The position numbers and the translations under genes were made by a program. Shown here in pieces: positions 7,680-15,718 of a stretch of 20,000 nucleotides of DNA (position 1 is its first letter; the number at the start of each line of letters is the position of its first letter). A model generated the notes under the pieces. That model was given only the letters and a program-made list of their open reading frames with translations. It made no database searches and was not told the DNA's origin. This DNA is from an uncultured virus (IMG/VR IMGVR_UViG_2663763181_000001) (taxonomy: Duplodnaviria > Heunggongvirae > Uroviricota > Caudoviricetes). Location of the stretch: IMG/VR virus record IMGVR_UViG_2663763181_000001. One strand, written 5' to 3'.

Positions 7680-8293
7680 TGATCAATCCTCCGAAAAGAA
7701 ATACACCAAACCCAAGGGTTTTCATTCCAAGATTCTTTACCTTTTATTGCTTCCCAATGTTTTTGAAAGTTAAGAACTGGGTTATGAGAATTATTGCTTT
7801 GCATAGTTGAATCAGTTTTAGGTTTATCAAAACCTTCAGCCTTAGCATCTACATCACTAATTTCATGTAAACGCTCAACACGGATATCAACTATTTCAAG
7901 CAAAACACGTGATGCTTTACGAGGCATACGAGAAGATGGCTTCCATCTAACTGGATAACCCTTTCCCTTACAGTCGTAATAAGCAATTTCATTTGGGTTA
8001 TCTGCTTTGTAGACAAATGACTCATGAGGAGTTCCACCTAAACTTCTAATTTTGGTGCCATACGTCTCTTGAACAAAAAGCTGGTCGCCAATTGCTCCAA
8101 AAGGACAAATTTTCTGAAAATAAGAAGATATTTGTGATTTAGAATCTTCTAAACCAAAGAACTCTCCAAGATGTTCAGCTATATCAATTTTTTTTTGAAC
8201 TTTACTCTTAATAATTCGGCGTGTTTGCGTCTTAGATCCATTTAAAATGGCCCTAACCATTTCTGAATTAAATAAAATTGGACGTACCGTCAT
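7676..8293 (-). CDS. ASCH/PUA-like domain phage protein
   Basis: RPILFNSEMVRAILNGSKTQTRR, CPFGAIGDQLFVQET, RVERLHEISDVDAKAEG and WNENPWVW. Confidence 0.8.
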   Translation of the reverse strand: MTVRPILFNSEMVRAILNGSKTQTRRIIKSKVQKKIDIAEHLGEFFGLEDSKSQISSYFQKICPFGAIGDQLFVQETYGTKIRSLGGTPHESFVYKADNPNEIAYYDCKGKGYPVRWKPSSRMPRKASRVLLEIVDIRVERLHEISDVDAKAEGFDKPKTDSTMQSNNSHNPVLNFQKHWEAIKGKESWNENPWVWCISFRRIDQ

Positions 8294-8745
8294 GCTGCAC
8301 CTTCCTGAGCTGGTTTATACAAGCTCACTTGTTCAGCATAATTCCAAGCACGTTCACAGATATTATTAAAAGAAGAGCGTCTTTCATCTAACCACTGCTT
8401 ACGCCATTCTTTTTGTTCAGCTGGATCTTTAATTAAGTTGTAAGCTTTGAAAAAAGCTGTTCGGTCAAGGTAGGAACCTAATAAAACGCTATTAAAGCTA
8501 TCTGCTAAATCTTGTTTTTCTTCATCTCGAACTTGAATAAGTGTTTCTTCAAAATTTGTTCCAAATTTAGAGATAAACCATTCTTCATGTCCACCGAAAA
8601 GAAAGAACGGAACATCTAAATCATGTTTTATCCCCTTCGCGGAGTATTGACCATTTCCAAGTACACAAGTAACTAAAGCAGCAATTTTTAAATTTGGTGC
8701 TTCAAATGTACATTTATCACTAAGGTTTATTAATTCAAAAATCAC
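8290..8745 (-). CDS. Hypothetical phage protein
   Basis: Coupled ORF in the operon. Confidence 0.8.
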   Translation of the reverse strand: MIFELINLSDKCTFEAPNLKIAALVTCVLGNGQYSAKGIKHDLDVPFFLFGGHEEWFISKFGTNFEETLIQVRDEEKQDLADSFNSVLLGSYLDRTAFFKAYNLIKDPAEQKEWRKQWLDERRSSFNNICERAWNYAEQVSLYKPAQEGAA

Positions 8746-8927
8746 TGTTCAGTCCCTACCTCAAATCGTAAATCTAAGAAAGCTTGGTTCACTGGACCTA
8801 CATAACGTGACCAGCCAAAGTTTTCTTGCCAAAACCACCAATTGTTCTGCTCGTCACGCTTCCACGGCGTTCCCTCAGAATCAGTGTGATTGGTTCCTAA
8901 CGGCCAAACCTTTTTTTCTGAAGTCAT
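8742..8927 (-). CDS. Small Trp-rich hypothetical protein
   Basis: 61 aa, 4-nt overlaps on both sides. Confidence 0.75.
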   Translation of the reverse strand: MTSEKKVWPLGTNHTDSEGTPWKRDEQNNWWFWQENFGWSRYVGPVNQAFLDLRFEVGTEQ

Positions 8928-9100
8928 GAAATCTCCTTTTGTGCATTGAATGCACGATCTAGAAATTTCTCTTCATCGGTTTGAGTGTTTACGATTTGAT
9001 GCGGGGCATCTTGATTAATAAGACAAGTTGAGCACTGTTCTTCTTTAAAATCAGTGCATTTGCCTGAGCAGTGATGATTTGCTAAATTACTCACGTTCAT
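8924..9100 (-). CDS. Small Cys-rich hypothetical protein (start 9100 or 9124)
   Basis: HHCSGKC...CSTC. The ATG at 9100 is preceded by a purine-rich GGAAGA; the ORF track start is 9124. Confidence 0.65.
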   Translation of the reverse strand: MNVSNLANHHCSGKCTDFKEEQCSTCLINQDAPHQIVNTQTDEEKFLDRAFNAQKEIS

Positions 9101-9160
9101 TCTTCCAAGGGTTTGAACAGCCATAGACCATTTCCTGTTGGCGCAGGGAGTGGTTTTTTA
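9095..9160 (+). ncRNA. OOP-like antisense RNA
   Basis: TTGCCT(9060-9065)-17-TAAATT(9083-9088) with extended TG. Terminator ACCATTTCCTG-TTGGCG-CAGGGAGTGGT-TTTTTA ends at the stop codon of the cII-position gene. Confidence 0.6.
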
Positions 9161-9532
9161 TTTCCAGCTAAGTAGATCAAGCTGGACTGATTTATCACTA
9201 GCATTTGTATGCCGCGATTTTTCGGCCCGTAAAGGCACTAATTCGAAGGTATCTCTGGTATACCCGTTATCTTTTGACCCACAAAAAACATTTCTGAGAA
9301 ACTGGTATTCGGATTCAGCTTCTGAGACTTTTCTAGTGCAAATGTTTTTAATTACCTCGAGAGAGCTTTTACCTGCCATCTCACCTTCTACTTCTGAAAT
9401 CTTTTTCTTACACATAGAACGGATGAGATTAGATAAGGAATTCTTGCCTTCTAGTTTGGCAATCCATTCCATCTTTGCTTTTTCTTCTAAAGTTAATTTC
9501 GATGATGCATTTGCAAGAAGTTTTTCAGCCAT
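9158..9532 (-). CDS. Putative regulator in the cII position
   Basis: Immediately downstream of cro and followed by an OOP-like terminator. The N-terminus is RHH-like by eye only. Confidence 0.65.
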   Translation of the reverse strand: MAEKLLANASSKLTLEEKAKMEWIAKLEGKNSLSNLIRSMCKKKISEVEGEMAGKSSLEVIKNICTRKVSEAESEYQFLRNVFCGSKDNGYTRDTFELVPLRAEKSRHTNASDKSVQLDLLSWK

Positions 9533-9564
9533 GGTTATGCCTCATACATTCCTAAAATTGGTTT

Positions 9565-9798
9565 TTATGCAGATCGATTTAATTGTTTTGTCTTGGATTC
9601 CTCATATTCTCTTTTCTGTTCAGAGGCAACTAACGCGTCTAAAGCAACACCTTTGTTATAAGCAACTTCTTTTTGTTCGCCACTTGCAATTTTTGAAACA
9701 GAACTTTGAGAAATCCCAGTTCTTTCTGAGATTTGCTGTTGAGTCAAACCTCGACTATTTGAAAGGTAAATAACCTTATCTTGAATATTCATGCACAT
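9565..9798 (-). CDS. cro: Cro-like XRE HTH repressor
   Basis: GLTQQQISERTGISQSSVSKIASG HTH, SD GGAGG 7 nt upstream, divergent from cI. Confidence 0.92.
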   Translation of the reverse strand: MCMNIQDKVIYLSNSRGLTQQQISERTGISQSSVSKIASGEQKEVAYNKGVALDALVASEQKREYEESKTKQLNRSA

Positions 9799-9827
9799 AT
9801 AAATGCCTCCGTGTTAAGGCATATTTT

Positions 9828-9894
9828 TATTCACTAATGAATAGTTGTCAATACATTAATGAATTGTTTCACAAAAAATATTCATTTTTGAATA
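9828..9894. promoter_or_regulatory. OR-like operators and divergent promoters
   Basis: TATTCACTAATGAATA (9828-9843), AATACATTAATGAATT (9850-9865) and TATTCATTTTTGAATA (9879-9894). Minus-strand TTGACA at 9851-9846. Confidence 0.85.
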
Positions 9895-9924
9895 AAATTA
9901 GCTATCCATCTTGGAGTTGGAAAA

Positions 9925-10614
9925 ATGCACCTTCAAAAAAACGTTAAGTACCTGTTAAAAAAATACAGCACTACTACTACAGGTCTTAGTAAAAAGTCTG
10001 GAGTACCACAACCTACACTTTTTCGTTGGGAGAATGGGCAATATAAAGAACCAAAGATATCTACCGTTGAAAAATTAGCCTCTTGGGCAGGCTATGATGC
10101 CAATACACTGCTCAATAATGACTTAGAAGCCATTGATAATATTAATAATGATTTAGATGAATTGGTGTTAGATAACAATGTAAATCTATCAAATAAAATC
10201 AAATTAGATGGAGAGCAAATTCCAGTTATTTCTTGGGTTGCAGCAGGTTCATTTACAGATGTTCAAACAGTATTGAAGGACACTGAAGTACTTGAATGGC
10301 TTCCACCAATGAAGAAAGCTGGAAAAAATGGTTATGGACTTATTGTAACTGGTACATCAATGTTACCTAAATTTGAACCAGGTGATCGAATATATGTAAA
10401 TCCAGACTACCCAGTTTTTGATTTAAAAACCAATGATTTAGTTATTGTTTCTTGTGCTGGTGATACACAAGCTACATTTAAGAGATTAATAATTGAAGAT
10501 GGAGAAGAAAAATATTTAGAGCCACTAAATACTAAATGGCCTGAACAAATTATTAAGCTAACAGAAGAATGTAAGTTGGTTGGTAAAGTCGTTGGTATGC
10601 ATAGAGAGTTTTAA
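9925..10614 (+). CDS. cI: CI-like repressor, HTH + S24 autopeptidase
   Basis: HTH SGVPQPTLFRWENG, Ala-Gly cleavage site VAAG, catalytic Ser GTSM and Lys ATFKRL. Confidence 0.96.
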   Translation: MHLQKNVKYLLKKYSTTTTGLSKKSGVPQPTLFRWENGQYKEPKISTVEKLASWAGYDANTLLNNDLEAIDNINNDLDELVLDNNVNLSNKIKLDGEQIPVISWVAAGSFTDVQTVLKDTEVLEWLPPMKKAGKNGYGLIVTGTSMLPKFEPGDRIYVNPDYPVFDLKTNDLVIVSCAGDTQATFKRLIIEDGEEKYLEPLNTKWPEQIIKLTEECKLVGKVVGMHREF

Positions 10615-10625
10615 GGATAAATAAG

Positions 10626-10901
10626 ATGTTGAAAGTAACTGAATTTCAAGGAATTAATACTGTTTTAACAACTTTTGCAGAAGAAGTTATAAAAACTCAA
10701 CCTGAATTAGCTGCTAATATTCTTTTAAATATTAAAAATATTTCTAATGAACACCATCCGTTAGTTGAACAATCTTTCATCTTAGATAATTTTGAAAACC
10801 ATGATTTAGCATCTTTAAATATAAAAGAAGCTTTAAATAGTTTTAATCATGAGTTAGCAAGATTAATGATTTTGACTAAAAATAATTTGATCAAAAACTA
10901 A
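10626..10901 (+). CDS. Hypothetical protein co-transcribed with cI
   Basis: SD AAGGA, 11 nt after the cI stop, followed by a terminator. Confidence 0.8.
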   Translation: MLKVTEFQGINTVLTTFAEEVIKTQPELAANILLNIKNISNEHHPLVEQSFILDNFENHDLASLNIKEALNSFNHELARLMILTKNNLIKN

Positions 10902-10961
10902 AAATGATTGGATTCCGTTCAATTGAATGTTAACCCTTGTAAATACATGTAAATATATACG

Positions 10962-10992
10962 AAATACTCAGTTTAATACTGGGTATTTTTTT
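10962..10992 (+). terminator. Terminator of the cI operon
   Basis: AAATACTCAGT-TTAAT-ACTGGGTATTT followed by a T-run. Confidence 0.8.
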
Positions 10993-11030
10993 GCCCTAAA
11001 TAAATCATATTGGTTGTTTTATATACAATT

Positions 11031-11083
11031 AATTCATTAGTGAATAATTTGTTGTTGATTTAATCTATTCATTGATGAATAAT
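11031..11083 (+). promoter_or_regulatory. OL-like operators and PL-like promoter
   Basis: AATTCATTAGTGAATA (11031-11046) and TATTCATTGATGAATA (11066-11081). TTGATT(11055-11060)-17-AATAAT(11078-11083). Confidence 0.8.
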
Positions 11084-11116
11084 AATTTCACCAACACATC
11101 TCATGGTGAATAAAAA

Positions 11117-11449
11117 ATGAGTACATTACGCTCTACAGATTGCGAAGAATTTATTAATGACATCGATGGCGGTGCCTTTGCAAAACAACTTGGCTATGCA
11201 GTTAGCAAGGTTGCAAGTGCTGCTGTTGATACACAAAAAGTCGGCGAGATCACAATTAAATTAAAGTTCTCTAAAGGCGTTGGTCACAACAACGTTACTG
11301 TAGAGCACAAACTAATTTCAAATGCCCCACTCCCAAAAGGTAAAAGTGTCGAAGAACACGGTGACAAAACACCTATGTATGTAAACACACGTGGTGATGT
11401 ATCGCTTTTTGCTAAACACACTGACCAGCTTTTTGAAGAAAAAGCTTAA
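11117..11449 (+). CDS. Conserved phage protein, YfdP-like partner of DUF2303
   Basis: FINDIDGGAF...GEITIKLKF...TPMYVNTRGDVSL, upstream of the DUF2303-like gene. Confidence 0.75.
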   Translation: MSTLRSTDCEEFINDIDGGAFAKQLGYAVSKVASAAVDTQKVGEITIKLKFSKGVGHNNVTVEHKLISNAPLPKGKSVEEHGDKTPMYVNTRGDVSLFAKHTDQLFEEKA

Positions 11450-11488
11450 TTTTTAAAATCTTTTTACTCAACTAAAGGAAAGACCTTC

Positions 11489-12292
11489 ATGTCTGAAAAA
11501 ATCGAAATCGAAAAATTTCTAGGTTTAGCTAAACCTGTAATTCAACTTGAGCGTGGTCAGCTTGTAGCTTTGCATCATGACTATAGTGTTATAGCTGCTG
11601 AAAAATTTATGGATGCTCGCTTCCGTCCTCATGGTGAATTTACTACACCAACATTTAATGACTTTAAGGATTTTGTAATTGCAGAAGGCGGTAAAGATAC
11701 ACCAATTTTTGTTAATCAAAATGACGTAAAAGCTATTGCAGTTCTTAACTTCCATGGCGAAGGACAAACCCAAGGCCATTGTGACTACTTAGCTTCTTTA
11801 TGTTTAGAATCAACTGTTGTATGGAAAAAGTTGAATCAACTTAAAGACAATAAATTAGATCAACGCAACTTTGCTGTTTTCATTGAAGATTGGGCTCAAG
11901 TACTTAATGCATTTGATGAAAATAATAATGTCATTGATATTAAAGATGCCCTTGTTGCAGTACGAAATATGCAAATTGAAGCATCGACTACTAGTAACGC
12001 TGAAGTAGAAAACACACGTCAGGTTCAATCTGAAATGGCCCAAATTGCAGCATCTGCAAAAAAAGGCGTATTACCGGCTTATTTCACCATCCAAGATTCA
12101 GCTTACTTAGGTCTTGCAGAACGAGAAATCAAATTACGTTTAATTGTGAATAGCTCTGGCAGCACACCTCAGTTTGCTATTCAAATTGTCAAAGAAGAGT
12201 TATTACGTAATGAAATTATTGAAGATTTCAAAGAAGAAGTAATAGCTTTACTTCCTGAAAACCCTGTACGAATTGGGTCATTTAAATCTTAA
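11489..12292 (+). CDS. DUF2303 (YfdQ-like) family protein
   Basis: AIAVLNF...GHCD, QRNFAVFIEDW, LPAYF...YLGL and terminal IGSF; size 267 aa. Confidence 0.82.
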   Translation: MSEKIEIEKFLGLAKPVIQLERGQLVALHHDYSVIAAEKFMDARFRPHGEFTTPTFNDFKDFVIAEGGKDTPIFVNQNDVKAIAVLNFHGEGQTQGHCDYLASLCLESTVVWKKLNQLKDNKLDQRNFAVFIEDWAQVLNAFDENNNVIDIKDALVAVRNMQIEASTTSNAEVENTRQVQSEMAQIAASAKKGVLPAYFTIQDSAYLGLAEREIKLRLIVNSSGSTPQFAIQIVKEELLRNEIIEDFKEEVIALLPENPVRIGSFKS

Positions 12293-12300
12293 AAAATAAT

Positions 12301-12350
12301 AAAAGCCCTGAAAACTTTTGAAGGCTATCGGGGCTTTTTTCAACCAATAC
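12301..12350 (+). terminator. Terminator-like hairpin element, copy 1
   Basis: AAAAGCCCTGA...TCGGGGCTTTTTT then CAACCAATAC; 40/50 identical to copy 2. Confidence 0.75.
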
Positions 12351-12377
12351 GACGCAAACGTCCAGAGGTAATCTCTC

Positions 12378-12638
12378 ATGGATAACAACCTGAACAAAGT
12401 TACAGATGAACAAGGCTTAATAAGCGTTACAGAGGCATTGCGAGCTATGGCTTGTGGTCGTCTTGTTCAATATACAAGTGAAGACTTTCCTAATTGGAAG
12501 GACTTAGAAATCACAAAAATTAATGCGAAAGACTTTATTGATGAAGAGCGCATTAAAAAGAACAGTTTTAAGTACAGATATAAACCTTCGTTAATCTCTG
12601 TAAACGCTGAACTAACACAAATGAAAAAGCCTCAATGA
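12378..12638 (+). CDS. Hypothetical phage protein
   Basis: SD GAGG; flanked by the two hairpin repeats. Confidence 0.8.
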   Translation: MDNNLNKVTDEQGLISVTEALRAMACGRLVQYTSEDFPNWKDLEITKINAKDFIDEERIKKNSFKYRYKPSLISVNAELTQMKKPQ

Positions 12639-12673
12639 CTTTGGACGGCTATCGAGGCTTTTTCTACCAATAC
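12625..12673 (+). terminator. Terminator-like hairpin element, copy 2
   Basis: AAAAGCCTCAAT...ATCGAGGCTTTTT then CTACCAATAC. Confidence 0.75.
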
Positions 12674-12696
12674 TGTACGTATCAAGGCAAATTATT

Positions 12697-13026
12697 ATGA
12701 ATCAGAAATATATAAACAGTCAATCTGCCCCATCTACCCCTATTTGTTTTGTACCAGAACTTAGCGGGAATAAAACAAATAAACCAGCTACTTCTAAACT
12801 TTATCAGCATCCATCAGCAGAGGATCTAAAGTTTAAAAAAGATAGTAAATGGCCGTATGTTTTATGCTTCCTTATATTTAGTGTATTAGCTATTGCTTTC
12901 CTTTATGCGTGTGATGCAGAGGCTCAAGTGCGTGAGCAGAAGACGCAACATTGGCAACAACAATTTAACTCAGGCGAACCTGTTGATGTTCAAGTACATG
13001 TAGTTAAATTAGGTGGTGCACAATGA
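12697..13026 (+). CDS. Hypothetical single-pass membrane protein
   Basis: TM segment WPYVLCFLIFSVLAIAFLYAC. Confidence 0.78.
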   Translation: MNQKYINSQSAPSTPICFVPELSGNKTNKPATSKLYQHPSAEDLKFKKDSKWPYVLCFLIFSVLAIAFLYACDAEAQVREQKTQHWQQQFNSGEPVDVQVHVVKLGGAQ

Positions 13027-13394
13027 GAACAAACTATTTACGAGGATCTAAACGTTACGAAAATAATCTGAATGGTCAAGTAAACCATAAATCAACTTTC
13101 CGTGAATTCGTAGGGAAGGATGAAGAACATGGTTTATACAAAGTCCGTCTTGGCTATACAGTTTATGCTGCAAATCACACTTTAACTCGTGTTTATACGG
13201 TTAATGAAAACAATGAATTAACTCCTGTTTCACAATATACGTTAAATACAAAAGAGTGGATTTTAAGAAATCTAGAAACCGAAATTAAATATCGTAGAGG
13301 ACGTGAATTAGGTCAAATTCTTCAAAAAACGCACATACCTTCCCCTGACCGAAAAGCTTACAAAATTAGTCGTGGTTTTCTTGGTACGCGCTAG
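13023..13394 (+). CDS. Hypothetical phage protein
   Basis: ATGA-coupled ORF. Confidence 0.8.
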   Translation: MRTNYLRGSKRYENNLNGQVNHKSTFREFVGKDEEHGLYKVRLGYTVYAANHTLTRVYTVNENNELTPVSQYTLNTKEWILRNLETEIKYRRGRELGQILQKTHIPSPDRKAYKISRGFLGTR

Positions 13395-13406
13395 TTGGGG
13401 ATATTT

Positions 13407-13550
13407 ATGTTAGTTATTAAATCTTTTCGTGTGATTTATGGTACTTGTCCAAGATGTACTAATGACAAATGCACTTTAGGTGTTAGTCATTCTGGCTCTG
13501 GTGCTCAATGGGAATGTCACAACTGCGGCTTTTGTTGGCCTAACAGTTAA
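13407..13550 (+). CDS. 47-aa zinc-ribbon protein (not in ORF track)
   Basis: MLVIKSFRVIYGTCPRCTNDKCTLGVSHSGSGAQWECHNCGFCWPNS*; SD GGGGA; fills the intergenic gap. Confidence 0.78.
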   Translation: MLVIKSFRVIYGTCPRCTNDKCTLGVSHSGSGAQWECHNCGFCWPNS

Positions 13551-13564
13551 ATGGTGCATGATCA

Positions 13565-14245
13565 ATGAAAGCAATTATTTTAGATACGGAAACCAACAAA
13601 TTAAATGGTTATCCAATTGAAATCGCTTATGCGCCTTTTAGCTTAGAGAATGGTCAATTGTTAGTTCATAAAGATGAAGTTTTTAACCGTTTCTATTCTT
13701 GTCCTGAACCGATTGATTTAGAAGCAATGGCTGTACACAACATCATTGAAGCGGATATTGAAGGTCAACCAAGTTGCGAATCGTTCCGGTTACCTGAAGG
13801 GGTTGAATTCATTGTCGGTCACAATATTGATTACGACATCAAAGCTCTAAATAAATGTGGACCAGCAATTAAGGCAAAGACTATTTGTACTTTAGCTTTA
13901 GCAAGGGACGTATGGCCTGATTTAACAAGTCATAAATTGGCTGTTCTGTACTATTTCGTAATGAGTAACCGTGAAGAAGCACGTAAGCATTTAAGACATG
14001 CACATTCAGCACGGGCGGATGTTTATTTTACTGGGATTATCCTAATAGCTCTAATTGAACGACTGGGAATTAAAGATTTGAACTCCTTATTTCTCATGTC
14101 TGAAGCTGTACGTTTACCCAAAATAATGACATGGGGTAAACACAAAGGAACGCCTCTTAAAGAATTACCGCGCCCATATATCTCATGGCTCCTGAATAAA
14201 GATGACCTTGACCCACATTTGCGTAAAGCGCTTCAAAATATTTAA
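13565..14245 (+). CDS. DEDDh 3'-5' exonuclease, exonuclease X-like
   Basis: LDTET, GHNIDYD, AHSARADV and C-terminal MTWGKHKGTPLKELPRPYISWLL. Confidence 0.92.
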   Translation: MKAIILDTETNKLNGYPIEIAYAPFSLENGQLLVHKDEVFNRFYSCPEPIDLEAMAVHNIIEADIEGQPSCESFRLPEGVEFIVGHNIDYDIKALNKCGPAIKAKTICTLALARDVWPDLTSHKLAVLYYFVMSNREEARKHLRHAHSARADVYFTGIILIALIERLGIKDLNSLFLMSEAVRLPKIMTWGKHKGTPLKELPRPYISWLLNKDDLDPHLRKALQNI

Positions 14246-14257
14246 AGGTTAGCAACT

Positions 14258-15286
14258 ATGAAACCTACTCTATTTACGCCTGAAACATGGGCGGAGTTTA
14301 CCCAACAACTCAAAAATTCTTGGGAAAAAGATAACGCTGGTACTGATTCACCAATTTTTGTTGTTCAAGAAAAAAAGATTGTTTGGGGTTTAGATCCGGC
14401 TAGTGATTCTGTAGAAATCACTAATATTGTAGATGCCGATGATGAATCAACATATAAATCAATTGATGATTTTTTTGAATCTCTTAAAGCTACAGATAAG
14501 CATGCTTTAAATGGTTTAGCAATTGAAGAGGAAGATGAACTTTTCCTCGATGTAAAAGCTTCTACTCAAATAAACATTTTATCTGATTGGAATGAACGCA
14601 ATATTCATATTTGCCATGGTAAATATTTTTGGGAAGATGTTAATTGCCATCTAACTCGTTCAGCTGCAGATGCATTTATTAAACGAAAATCGCATGATTT
14701 CGGTGAATTGCGGGTATTTGTTAAATCACTTTATTGGTGTGAGGAGTTTAAGAATTTACTTAACGCAATTATTAGTGGTGAAGTAGGTTTGACAAATATA
14801 GATGACGACAACATCCTAAACGTTTTGGGACCAATTGAACCTAAAGCAGATAAAGAAACTATCTCAACTCAAGCAAAAAAAACTGCGAATAAGGCCAATA
14901 ACAAAGAGGAAAATTGGACTCGTTACCATAATGACAAACCTGTTGAGTCTCCGTTAGCTGGCCATATTGAAAAGCTAAAGAAAACTAAAACTGCAGATGC
15001 AGCTAATAGTCTTATTGAGGAAACGAAAGACTGGGCTTCTGAACATCAAAAATCTTTTTTAACTGAGTTAAATAAACACTTAGTCATTATTGCTGGTCAA
15101 TCAAAAGAAAATATTTCTATTGGGGAAAAGATCAGACAAGCAAAGGACCTGACTACATTAGATGCCCTTGAAATTGATATTTCTGAAGCTGATGAACGTA
15201 TACAAGAACGTCTAATGGAGCTGGTTATAAAAAGAAGAAAAGAACTTGAGGTTGAAGGTAACTTTTTATTGGAGTCGCCTCAATGA
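14258..15286 (+). CDS. Ead/Ea22-like phage early protein with helical C-terminal extension
   Basis: TDSPIFVVQEKKIVWG...HLTRSAADAFIKRKSHD...LRVFVKS resembles a module of Ead/Ea22-like proteins (recalled, not searched). Confidence 0.6.
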   Translation: MKPTLFTPETWAEFTQQLKNSWEKDNAGTDSPIFVVQEKKIVWGLDPASDSVEITNIVDADDESTYKSIDDFFESLKATDKHALNGLAIEEEDELFLDVKASTQINILSDWNERNIHICHGKYFWEDVNCHLTRSAADAFIKRKSHDFGELRVFVKSLYWCEEFKNLLNAIISGEVGLTNIDDDNILNVLGPIEPKADKETISTQAKKTANKANNKEENWTRYHNDKPVESPLAGHIEKLKKTKTADAANSLIEETKDWASEHQKSFLTELNKHLVIIAGQSKENISIGEKIRQAKDLTTLDALEIDISEADERIQERLMELVIKRRKELEVEGNFLLESPQ

Positions 15287-15423
15287 TTCAAATTTATAAC
15301 AGCAAAACTAGAACTTTTACTGTGATAGGTAAACGAACCCAAGTTTTCTTAAATGTATCACTTAATGAAACTGAAGCTTTGCTCTTCAAAGCGAAACTTA
15401 AAGATTCCATTTGGAGATTCTAA
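15283..15423 (+). CDS. 46-aa hypothetical protein (not in ORF track)
   Basis: MIQIYNSKTRTFTVIGKRTQVFLNVSLNETEALLFKAKLKDSIWRF*; ATGA overlap and SD GGAG. Confidence 0.75.
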   Translation: MIQIYNSKTRTFTVIGKRTQVFLNVSLNETEALLFKAKLKDSIWRF

Positions 15424-15424
15424 C

Positions 15425-15718
15425 ATGATGAAGTACATCCCTGACTCAATGTCATACCCATTCACTGTTTGGATGTCCGAAAGTGGTTTCTATCCTTCTT
15501 ATAAAAAAGGATACATCGTTATGAAGCGTGGCAAAGAAGTGGCAAAGATTTCTTTAATAAAAACAAAAAAAGGTTTCGAAATGAATGAAGTCTGTCAAAA
15601 AAGATTTACTTCATTTTGCCGGGTTTGGATGAATAAGGATAAACGTTTTATTAACCAGCTTCGAATGCGTGGCATTTCTAATTCAATGAAATTCAGTTAT
15701 CAAAAGGTGGCAGCATGA
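15425..15718 (+). CDS. Hypothetical basic phage protein (start revised from 15353)
   Basis: GGAG upstream of ATGATG at 15425, 1 nt after the preceding stop. Confidence 0.75.
   Translation: MMKYIPDSMSYPFTVWMSESGFYPSYKKGYIVMKRGKEVAKISLIKTKKGFEMNEVCQKRFTSFCRVWMNKDKRFINQLRMRGISNSMKFSYQKVAA

Noticed and set aside
9138..9773. 211-aa plus-strand ORF antisense to cro and the cII-position gene
   Set aside because: Its TTG start lies inside a terminator loop with no SD, and the composition is typical of a shadow frame. The length is notable but unsupported.
11525..12043. Minus-strand ORFs 11525..11779 and 11855..12043
   Set aside because: Shadows of the DUF2303-like gene.
12301..12673. CRISPR-like or attC-like array
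   Set aside because: Only two imperfect copies about 320 nt apart, no cas genes, no attC core sites, and the integrase is phage-type.
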